From contig OZ249436.1 of NCBI GenBank assembly GCA_965235115.1, positions 30,134,001 to 30,194,000 of the forward strand: a stretch of 60,000 nucleotides of DNA, given 5' to 3'. The stretch is from Laetmonice hystrix. Taxonomy: Eukaryota. The notes under the pieces are model-generated. The model searched no databases, was not told the origin of the DNA, and was given only the letters and a program-made list of their open reading frames with translations. The position numbers and the translations under genes are program-made. Shown piece by piece: positions 35,730-46,600 of this stretch. How positions within the stretch are numbered: the first letter of the stretch is position 1; each line of letters starts with the position of its first letter.

Positions 35730-35859
35730 CTTTCTGTGTGTCCATATCGACAATGATGTTGGCAGTTGAGGAGACTGACCTGACGCTTGATGGCGCCTGA
35801 GATGCCAGCACACCTCGAGCAATGTAGCGACCCCCTCTGAGATATCTCCATAGTGCCAT
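35730..35859 (-). CDS. ECI1: ECI1 first coding exon with mitochondrial targeting peptide
   Basis: AAGATGG start at 35859. MALWRYLRGGRYIARGVLASQAPSSVRSVSSTANIIVDMDTQK+G is Arg/Ser-rich with no acidic residue in the first 37 aa. Phase-1 donor G|GTAGG. The seven exons sum to 876 nt = 291 aa plus stop with no frameshift. Confidence 0.85.
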
Positions 35860-35923
35860 CTTAAAGATAAAATTCTTCGTGTCGTCAACCGTAAAGATGG
35901 GACGTGAACGAAAGGTAACAAGA

Positions 35924-36180
35924 CAGGCGCGTGTCCAGGATTTTCAGCAGGGGGGGGGTCTCAGATTTTTTTTTTAAATTAGAAGCTCTGAAACGCGATT
36001 CCCGCCATTTTAGGGAATTATATTTTGTAGATTCATCAATCACAGGTTCAAAACGGCGGAAATGCTTAGAAAAAATCGCTGAACGGGTTCAAAACGGCCG
36101 GAATGCTTAGAAAAAATCTATGCTCTGTGGGAGCAGGGGGGGTCCGAACCCCCCGGACCCCCCCTCTGGACACGCGCCTG
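35924..36180. mobile_element. MITE with perfect 15-bp TIR and 5-bp TSD, 65 bp upstream of the ECI1 ATG
   Basis: TIR CAGGCGCGTGTCCAG / CTGGACACGCGCCTG. TSD CAAGA at 35919-35923 and 36181-36185. Confidence 0.88.
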
Positions 36181-36818
36181 CAAGACTGGGAGTGTCAGAA
36201 GGACCGAAGAAGAAACGGCCTTTGCACCCCCGTATCTTGTTACTTGTATTATCAAAGTTCAAGCTGAGTTGTTTGGAGACCGAGCGACCTCCTGTCCTGT
36301 AGACTCGACCTCTAGCCTAGACTAGTCTTGCGAGAAAAAAAGGTCTGAGCTGATAGTGATAGTGATACCTGCCTTGTTGAGTCCCCTGGAGCTGGGCGAT
36401 AATACAAGCAATGGACGGGGAAGCGGCTTAGTTCAGATGATCGTCACTTGGTGGCCAAAGCGTCAAGTGCCGTGAGATGGCGCTGTAGGCTCTCAACGTG
36501 CGGTTAAAAGCAGAGCCTCTCGAGTTGGTTGACTGGTCTGGTTTCGCCTGGCTGTTTTAGAAGAGGGTCGCCTGATGTCGCTACAATCGTACTCTCGAAA
36601 TTTTGCACGTATTTTTTCCAATTGTGATGTAACTAAAGTATTAAACATAAAAAATCGAGTTGTCATTTTTTATAGAAGTGGTAACATGTAGCCTAGGCCT
36701 ACTCGTAGATCTATTCTAAGCCAGGCTAAGATTAAGCCCAGTCATACTCATCTACGTGTTGTGTTTTTTAAACATGCAAATGAGGCTTGGCTCGGGCCTG
36801 CAGGATCCTTTCCCTTAA

Positions 36819-37350
36819 AAGGGCATATTATAAATGAGGAAACGTTAAAAATCGGTATTTCATAGAACTTTTGCTGTTTTCATAAAGAGATCCCTCATTA
36901 AAATTGCTTAGTAAACAAAGACAGACTTATCAGTTTCATTTTGCGTGAGAAATCGAAGTTTATTAAGCCCCCTTGCCCGCTTCTCTGCCGATTTCGTAAA
37001 ATATTTTTTGGGTGGCATTCTGATGCCGGGCGATCGAGTGCCACTGCTGAATTGTTTACAACTAAGCAAAGCACGTGACTAAGCACATGCAGAGCGTGCA
37101 CACACAGGATGTGACACAGTATGCAATTACACGGGTTGATGGGGGGTTGTCCGCCAAATTATGGCGGGAGATGTGCTATCGGGAGAAATCTATAGGTTTG
37201 GTCGTATAGAACCTACTTGTGCTGCATACGCAGCGAAAACACGTCGGAGGACAAAATGTTGTGGTAGGATTATTTACTTGGATCCCTAGTACACGGTCAT
37301 GTTGGATAATTGCCGGAAATCCTCAAAAACGTGTTTCATAGCATGCCCCT
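36819..37350. mobile_element. Kolobok-like non-autonomous element in a TTAA site
   Basis: TTAA (36815-36818) | AAGGGCATATTATAAA ... TTTCATAGCATGCCCCT | TTAA (37351-37354). The TIR is imperfect. Confidence 0.5.
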
Positions 37351-38199
37351 TTAATTTTTTAAATATCATCCTAGATTCTATAACCACAAATCGACTGAAT
37401 AAAACCTTTTGGTCGTAGGCCTAGGCCTACTAAACGACTTGCATAGAAGTATAATAGGCCTACAACCCATCAATCCCTCCCGTATAATTGAAAGGCCGTG
37501 CCCTCTTCAAAATCCTGTCTGGCCAAGCCTTTTAATTCCTGAAATTGTCTAAATATGCCACTTTAGACCTTGTAGGGGCTAATGGCCACCATAATAATTC
37601 AACCATTTTCGATCTGAAAGTAGGCCTATCTGTAAAAAGGATCTATAGGCCCAAGCTCCATAGTAGGCCAAAAACTGGTAGGCCTACAACATGGAGCTCA
37701 TTGACCTTAAAATGGGGGTTAGGCCTACGTAGCTCAGTTTTGTGGTTATCATCAACAGTTCCGGAGAAATGGGCAAAACGATAGTTTTCGCCAATGGCTG
37801 CCATATAATTTTTGCAATAGGCCTAGGCCTAAATCTTGTCTTGTTCATCCGAAATCACCCAAAATAGCTTCAACAGTTCTTTGACCATCAAAGTGGGGGA
37901 CTAGACACTTCAGAATTTATAATACAAATATTTGCTAAAATATTGACGGAATTGTGATTTTTATTAGGCCTAATGGCGATCTTAATTAGGTCCTAACAAA
38001 AATTGCTCAACCAAGCCAGCTGGGCAGCCGTCAATTTCGTGAAAGGAACCACCTGGAGAATGCGTCTGCAAAAATTTTGGAGGGGGTTAGAAACTCTAAA
38101 GCCCAGCCTAGAGAAAATCTATAGGCCGAGTGGGGAGGGGAGGGAGAGCTCGATGAGGGGAGTTAGAGCTATCTATAGGCCTAGAGATCTAGGCTATAA

Positions 38200-38510
38200 C
38201 CTATAGACCTAGGCCTAGGCCTACATTTTATTTCAGACTTCTTCTTTTTTACTTAACACCATTATCTATAGGTATATAGCCTATAGACCTAAGCCTACAT
38301 TTTATTTCAGACATCTTCATTTTTTACTACGCCATTGCCTTATATTATCTATGGCCTACAGGTCTATAGCCTATAAACCTAGGCCTACATTTTATTTAAA
38401 ACATCTTTTTTTACTTGAAACATGATTATAGGCCTATTATCTATAGGACAGTCTATAGCTTATAGACCTAGGCTAGACTACTTTGATTTCAAACAACATT
38501 TTTTACTTGA
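38200..38510. repeat. Degenerate tandem repeat, 4 copies of about 80-95 bp
   Basis: CTATAGACCTAGGCCTACATTTTATTTCAGAC...TTTTTTACT recurs at about 38201, 38281, 38371 and 38460. Confidence 0.75.
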
Positions 38511-39363
38511 CACCTTTAATTTTTCCGAGATTAAGCCTACTGAAGCCGCAGTATTTTATCGAGGGGGTTGAGTACCCTGGCCCCCTATACCAAAACACCG
38601 CTGGTCCCCTCTCCTCACAGAAAGAAATCCTGTACTTGGCTATACATGTATAGTCTATAGCATAAGGACTGTCTACATTCCCAGCGTGTTATGATGAATG
38701 GCTTTATGATCCATTAGGCCTAATTGTGTTCCTATTAATTATTATTTCAGTATGTGTCTAGACCCTAACCTATCCTGGTGCTGAAAAATTAGTAAATTAA
38801 TAAGTATACATATAGATGATTGTATTTCTCGGCCGGTCACTCGTGTAATGTTCAAGTTAGTTATGATATAATGCAACGGTAACGTGACGGATGAAAAGAT
38901 AAACCATTTGATTGGGATATTGAATACACACGATAAGGTTGGCCTCTTTCTGTAAATTACGGGCAGGTGCAACAATTGATATAGCACTGGCACGCATTAC
39001 GTCGCACAAACTAAGGTCCCACTAGTGCCAGAACATACCTTCACGGAACCTCGCTCCTGTATGCGGTCAATCATGCAGGTGCACATTATTTCCAACCTAT
39101 TTCCATGAACTACACACAGACTTTACTTATTATAAGCACGTGAAAAAATATGCAAAGAAAAGTTACCCTGGTAAGCAAAGCATAAAACAAATCATGCTGT
39201 AGTCTTTGTTGAAATGTTTGTGTTACAACACAATGTACTAAACTCTGCAGTCCATTTGTCTTTCCTTTTTTTACTCTAACCGTGGGAAACGGAGAGAATT
39301 TTACACTTTTCAACTGTTAGTAAACGTGACCAAGTTTGACTGATGTGGGAGGTTGTTTTTGTC

Positions 39364-39377
39364 GTTTCCATGGTAAC
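39364..39377. promoter_or_regulatory. RFX X-box consensus match
   Basis: GTTTCCATGGTAAC matches GTTNCCATGGNAAC. Motif match only; function is not shown. Confidence 0.35.
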
Positions 39378-42300
39378 GGTTTCGATTTCTATATAATAAA
39401 CAGTTATGAATAATTCAGCACGATCAGCATCCCATTGGCACTATTGGGTTGTGGGGTGCTGGCGAGCGTCTACAATTAATTATTGTTTCATCCTGGACCA
39501 TACCCCAGGGTTTGATCCTGGCTAACCGACACGGTCGATGGATTCAATCCAGGGAGGAACTGACCCTCTATCGCTCCTGGCCCAATTCCGGGTTGCAGGT
39601 TGCTGATCGTATGCGCGACAAACACAGATTTCTTCTATGTTCTCTCTGAATCTTCAATAAATGAAGAAGGAACACAAACCTCCTGTATACACGATTAAAT
39701 CGTTATTCGATTGTAGGCAGTATGATCGTATACATGCGGGGTGGGTGTGCACGTATACAGTAGGAGTTATTGACGCGTAAATTAAAATGAATGTAGAATT
39801 CTGACTGATTGGGAGATTGGAAACCAGGCGTAGAACTAATTAAACTTGCATGAACATTTTTAGGGTTGTTGGTGGGTTGATTTTGTTTGAATCAGAGATG
39901 TATTATAGAAACAGAATAGGTTGCAGATACCACCATAACGTTTTGCATGAATGCACAAGATCGATGGATTTTCATTGTAGGTTCCATTAGTAGTAGAAAT
40001 AACGTAATCACTGTGGGAGTTGTAGTTTTGTTCACAGTAGTATTGATTAGTATAGTAGGTGTAACATTACCTTGTAACAAACCGAAAACAAAAAAAAACA
40101 TACAACACGATCGATGAAAATTATGAATTGGAGAGGACATATGGCAGAACAGAATTTAGGTTTTCTTGGTTGACCACGTCTTATCTGTGGGAAGCCGTCT
40201 TTGGCAGCCATGTGGCCATGTGTGAATGCCTTGTACCGGTCATCAGTGGTAGCCATGGAATAGCCACTGGGTCCCAGCGGGTCCTTCCCACCTTATCTGT
40301 ACTTCCCGCCCTTTTCTACGAGTCATACCCCGGAGGGATTCTTCCTGCACACGGCAAGACCTACATACACCTGGCCTCGACCTAGCCCGCACGCACGCAC
40401 GCACGTCCGCCCCCCCCCCCCCACGCACGTCCGATGGATGCATGCACGCTGTGCGGTTCATATACACGTCGTGCACGACCGAACACTGAATGGGCCGCCT
40501 CGCCTGGCTGGTCGCCATATTGTTCCACAGAACGTGCATGTATCCGCCTCAACTCGAGGTCAAACTGGAATACGCATCTTTGAAGAGCAACGACTGATGC
40601 AACTTTACACTGACACTTTACACGTGAAGAGAGAAAGGATCTTGAGAAATAGGATGTTTGTAAAAATATGATCGGGTGTCATGGTCGCCTAGCAGAGGGG
40701 TGGAAGAGGGCGACAAACATGTGAGTAAATGCGCTTTTTTTCTAAATGGGCGACCTGTTCATGGTCACTGGTTTCTATGATTTGTCAATGGTAGCACGTG
40801 CATCCTGAATAATATCGACGTTATGCAATCCATTTTCAGTGTAAAAAAACATCTCACTAGAACGAAAAGCAACATGTAGAAACAAAATCAAACAAGTGGG
40901 GGGTTGGGGGGCTGTGGTTCAGGTATCGCCAATTTGATACTTACTCATGGGTTGCGGGACAACATGCAAGCCTGGGCTGAAACAACACAGTGATTTATTG
41001 TTTTAAATGTGTATTGTCATTATTAGTAGTTTCATCAGTGAATGATGGAGTAGATGTCATATTCAATATAGCGACCGAGACAATGTTTTGATTATCGTGT
41101 AACAATCGGTAATGATGTCAATACCTGACTCACTTGGCGTATCAATATGATGAGTATTTACCTAATGAAACACCTACCTATTAACACCTAACCGCTATCC
41201 AGACGGGGTCGTTTCTCTATTAATGGGCGACCGACTACAGTGATAGGATGACGAAAGGTTACCTAAGGTTCGTAACACTCTAATATAAGATTTATTGAAC
41301 AAGGCCCATTGATTGCCACACCATTCAATAAGCTACGTCTAAGGGGGAATACGACTTTTTTAAATGCTGTTTTTCTCCAGGTGGGAGACCAGTCCAATTC
41401 ACTTTACTTTTGATATAAATTATACCTTATAGTGGGACTAATAGTATAGGGGCTATTGAAAGTGATTGGGAATCGTGTTTGTATGCATCAGCACTGCATC
41501 ATCCAACCCCTGTGTTCTCTGTCTTATATTTTAAATTTGTACACAAAGACGCGCACCATTTCTTTCAACCTCGTTTGCTGAAGATTGCTGGCTGTTTGCT
41601 CGAATGACATCTGTTCGCCAATTTTTGAGAACCCAAGATGTCGAGTCATTGAGTTCGTTTTTCCCTTTTTTTCACAACTTAAGCCGCAAAACATGATTGC
41701 CTTCCCCAAGACGCGGCTACTGAGAGTCAGGTGTCCTGATATTATTTAGGTCATAGAAATTAACGTGAGTCTCTGGAATTTTCTTGGTCACGCTTGTCGC
41801 GTGACACCTGGCCACCTTGAAGAAGTGTTTTTACATGCCAACGACCGCCGCCGACGCAGGAGTTCTCTCGTCCTGGCCCGGCGGCGGCGGCGGCGGAGAT
41901 GGCGGCGGCAGGGGAGCCGCCATCTTCTTGTGGCGCCACCTGTTGAAGACCATAGGAAGCATATCGTACATCTAGAAACTTCGTTCTTAGGGTGACGTAG
42001 ACCACAGCTAAATCTGCCCGTCCCAGGGCTGCCCAGCTCTAACCTAAAAGAGCGCAGAGAGAACAAGGAGTTTCATGTAGTCTGGGAGCCCAGCCTGATT
42101 GCTACATGGCAGCGAGATGACACACAAAGGTGGCCTAACGCTCGTCTGGCCTGCCCCCAGGGCTGTCACAGGGAACGAAATTTTAAAATAACGAAAACCC
42201 ACCCTGCAGGCATGTCGAATTTGAAGCGCCGATACATTCGGCTTGCCCATCATACTCGATTATCCGTCACGTTTCTTTTGCTTTTAGCAAATGTTCCTGC

Positions 42301-43573
42301 ACTGTCATTAAAATCTTTCTAATTTACTTCAAAGAACTCAAAGTCGGAAACTAATATGTGGAATGACCTAAATTTTCTTTGGAAACCTATTATTATTATT
42401 ATACGATAAGGGGGAAATAGAGTCATGCCTTTAATTACCTCCACGGGGAAGATTCATGACCTCGACCAGTCCGAAGACATGACCTTGAAAGCATTGACGC
42501 CACTTTTGGCATGAACCATAATTATTCATTATACTTTCACACCTGATTTGTTGCAACTCGATGTCAGTGCTGTGTGCCATTTATATTAGGCTATACACAA
42601 TCATAGAAATAGGTTTGTGTGTAGGTTGTCTTCATTTTGAGACACTAGTATTGTGTATAAGGCCTATATAACTTTATTTAGGACCTAAATTCATAATGCA
42701 ACAAAAATGATAAATTCCTTTTGCTTGTCGGGGAATAGATAGGTAACCATAAGCCCTCTAAATAATGTTATTAACATTGCAGTGGATATAGTAGGAAGGA
42801 ATGGGAGGAGGGGGCGTAATACCTTGGTGATTTACGGAGACGTTTGACTTGTACCAGGATTAGTCATACAGGAACATAATTTCGCGACCAGTCTTCGGAA
42901 GTGTCTGCGGCAGTACACGTGGTGGGTAAACAAATAAAAAACAGTGCGGTAAACAAGCTGATGACATTTCTGTCTGTCAGGGGGAGTATTTGTACATCTC
43001 TCCCACAGTCCGGTCTTCTCAAATATGCTGGCTCTCCTTAAAGAGAGATTTCATCAGAAAATGTTGCAAATATAGGAAGGCTAGGACTATATCCTGTTTT
43101 CAACGTCTTTTGCTATTTAGACGATGTGACATCTTAAGTATTAGTGGACGAACGTATAGATGGATGTCTTCATTAAATTGTCATCTTAATCGAAATTACT
43201 ACAAATATAGGGATTGAATGGGCACGTTGGAAATACTCCCCAAGTCCTCTGCCGTTTTATCCAATCTCAGGAAGTATTTGTATAATATTACGTAATGGAA
43301 AACCATTTGGTGTTTTTGTTGCTTTCTTTTCTTTAAAGAGGTTTTGTGGCATGTCCCTTTAAGTTTGTGTATTATTATGCTGAGTGTATCTTACCCCAAG
43401 CAGCGTCTAGACTAGACTACGTGTTAGGGACTGGGGAAGGCAAATAAGATTTCTTAATTTGTCGTACTTCGTCAGCTGCTTTGCCTACGGGCAACGGGGG
43501 GGGGGGACGGGGCAGTTTTACGAGATACAAAAAGTATGCAAGCAGACACCTTGCCCAGGTGTGAAAGACAGCA

Positions 43574-43576
<3 letters not shown>

Positions 43577-43639
<63 letters not shown>
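43577..43639. repeat. (CT)n microsatellite
   Basis: About 31 CT units read directly from the sequence. Confidence 0.97.
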
Positions 43640-43644
<5 letters not shown>

Positions 43645-46600
43645 ACAATCACACATTTGTGACAAGCGCACCCGAATATAAGTAAAACCTATCTCTAAGG
43701 ATGTCAGAGTTCGGGTACAGAGCTCTCTAGGCTTCACCCTCTTAATTAGTTTTTGGTGATTTCATTACGCCCCGGGCCTCTATACAGCATTATACGGAAC
43801 AGGTAATTATGGGTGCAACACCTTAGAATGAGTCACGAGTCATTCTAGTGCAACACGTAACCGAGTATTCATTCTTCTATAGGGGTAGTGTGCAATTTTG
43901 GAGCGAGGGTTGTAGTTCTATACGAGTTTCGACGTTGGAGCAACGTCATGAATCGGTCCCGAGTTCTTTAATTCCGATAATTAACGGAAACACCCAACTG
44001 TTTTCCGATAATCGTCGGACGTTAGCTGCACTTCAGTGAGCCCAACCATGCATGACACAGCATGCAATTAAACACATACATCGTCGATATGCCTAAATAA
44101 AAGCGATAAGGCTTAGTGCGAACAAATAAGTGTTTCCAGTAACGCGACCCCATATACCTAAAAAATGAAATCCTATCTTATTTGATGTTCTTTGGAAGAA
44201 AGGTACCCTGATGCCCCATTAGAATGCCCTGATGGGCGGTAGAAACGATCAGAAGCTAATATATGATCTATTTACAGAGCTGTATTGACCCTCGTAAATA
44301 AAAAGAAATATCATTAAAAAATAGCATCCTAGATGACCCTTTTCAGTCTGTTCACGTTTACACAGCCATGATGTTTTAGGCCCAAGGCACATTTACTCAA
44401 GCCCCAATGACAATTTATCATACAGTAAACTTGGAAGAGTTATAACCTAAAGAGGGAGACTTAGCTTGTCGACCGACCCTTTGTATAGAAAAGATTTACT
44501 GTCATTGACGTAGATTCAACCTCGGGCCCATGCCACTGAGGGTCAAGGAAACACACCTCACTTGGTCCCAAAAAATATCCTTGGACCCTCCACAAGGAAA
44601 TTCACAAAATGATATTTATCTCTATTTTAAGAAAAAACATCAATTACAAAACTGATCACTTAGAATTATGCTTTCGTATACTATTATAGGGGCCGAATTA
44701 TCATTTCGAATAAGGAAAAATGCACAGTCAGCACGCATGCAGTGAGCATATGCAGGCCTTTATTAGGAGTAATACACTATAGGCGGTCAAGGGGGTGAAG
44801 GAGGGGAGGGGCTGGAGGGCTACTTCCAATATATTTAGCTTTATGATATATCAGGCCTGTTGACGGGTATATGCTATTGAATTTCCTCCCCACCTGAAAT
44901 GTCCAACCGTCTGCATCGATCTTCTCTCGGACTCAAATATGGTCACGAGTCACTGCTGATCTTAAAGCAACCCACGACTATCTGAGAGTAAAAAAAAATC
45001 ACCGTGGATAGAGACACCAACACCTGTGCAAGGCATACCAACATTTTGCCAAGTCAAAAGTTGCCATATTCTGCCAACTTATTCAACTACATACCTGGAT
45101 CACCGCTCAAGTCTCCTCGATCCAGACTTTGTTTACATCGCCATTTTCTACCCGTTTGAAATTATCACTGACTTCTACGTCATCGATCATTGTGATGGGG
45201 ATTCCTTGGTGGGTTATCGCCATTGGATGGTCAAGTCAATGCCAGGTCAACTATTTTGTCAACAACCAGTCATAAGACGATCGCTTCATAGCGACAACAG
45301 GCAACTGGAATGTTGAATTTCATTAGATTTCTCCATTTCGTGGGTATACATTTATTGATTTATGTAGTATGAGGCCTTATATAATCTAACAACAGCCCAT
45401 GTCTGCATTTTGGAGTCATTCAAATAAAAGATGGCCGTGGTTTGCTTAGTCTATACCTACTTTATGTTATGGTAAAGTTTGTAGTTTGTATTCACAAGTA
45501 ATAAATACGCCATCTTACACTGCCTGTTTCCTCCTAGACCTATAAACTTGGCATGTGAATCGATCGACTGAAATAATCGACCCATTTACGGGGAGACCCC
45601 CCACCCCCACCCCACCCCAACACACCGCGAGGTGGTTCTGTTTGAGGAGATCCATCACAAACAAAGCCATTTATAGGCCGCCCAGTCAAAGGTCGCTGGA
45701 ACTGGGCGTTATATGTTGAGCACTCTCCGCAACATTGGAGGGCCATACACATCCACTGGGAAATTACCCTTTTCATATAGGCCTATTCTCAAACTGCGGA
45801 TGATACAAACCAAACTCAATTCACTCGATTTTAATATAGTGTTACCTGGCTACTCATCAACGATGTTCCCAGACTCGTTCAGAACATACAATAATTTCAT
45901 AAGGCTCTGCCAGTTCAACCGAGACCATTGTCCCGCTGCGACGTTTGCTATGACTTATTGGCCGGGCCCTGTAACCCCGCTCGCCCCGCCCACCAGTAGA
46001 AACATTAGGCGGGCCTGTCGTGGTTATGCATGCAGCCTGTCACATTCCGACGGCATCCGACCGTCGGCGTAAGGTGAAGTTCCCAGGGTAAATAGACTGT
46101 ATACCGACACAACGGAGGAAAAGTCGTTCACCGCGGCCCACTGCCTGCTGAAATAGGGGAGAAAATGAAGGGGTTTCCTAATTAAAGCGTAGCCTACTTT
46201 ATTGCTTCCTCTACCGGTTTCAGCACCTGCATCACTGCGTACATGGAACAAGAATAGGCGGAATCATGTAGGCCTACCTGACGGAAGGTTCCGTGTCGAG
46301 GGACTGAGGGCCTTCTAACGTCCATTGCAGGAGGTCGGCTGGGTCAGACGGGGTCAATCCGTGTCAATGACCTCCGATACCTCTGCCCCATGTCGTCAAG
46401 GCCTCACCTCAGATCGCACCATAAACGTGCTAAACTTCCCCCCTGAGGGGACCTAAAAGGCAATTCTCACCAATTTATTTCTCAATGCTCGACCGGGAGC
46501 GATAGAGTTGACCTTTGCACTTTGTTAGGATCTGGCTGTCACAACAAAGCACGGACCCATTCGGTCCCGTATGCTCTTTTTTTCACACACCTTGACAATA

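Noticed and set aside
36369..36480. Possible non-coding first exon of ECI1 (minus-strand CAG|GTATCA donor) spliced to TTTAAG directly before the ATG
   Set aside because: Plausible, but both splice sites are weak and it cannot be distinguished from an unspliced 5' UTR without transcripts.
39448..39690. Solo LTR candidate (TG...AATAAA...CA)
   Set aside because: No target-site duplication, PBS or second copy was found.
43038..43362. Second TTAA-flanked Kolobok-like element
   Set aside because: The putative terminal inverted repeats match too poorly to support a call.
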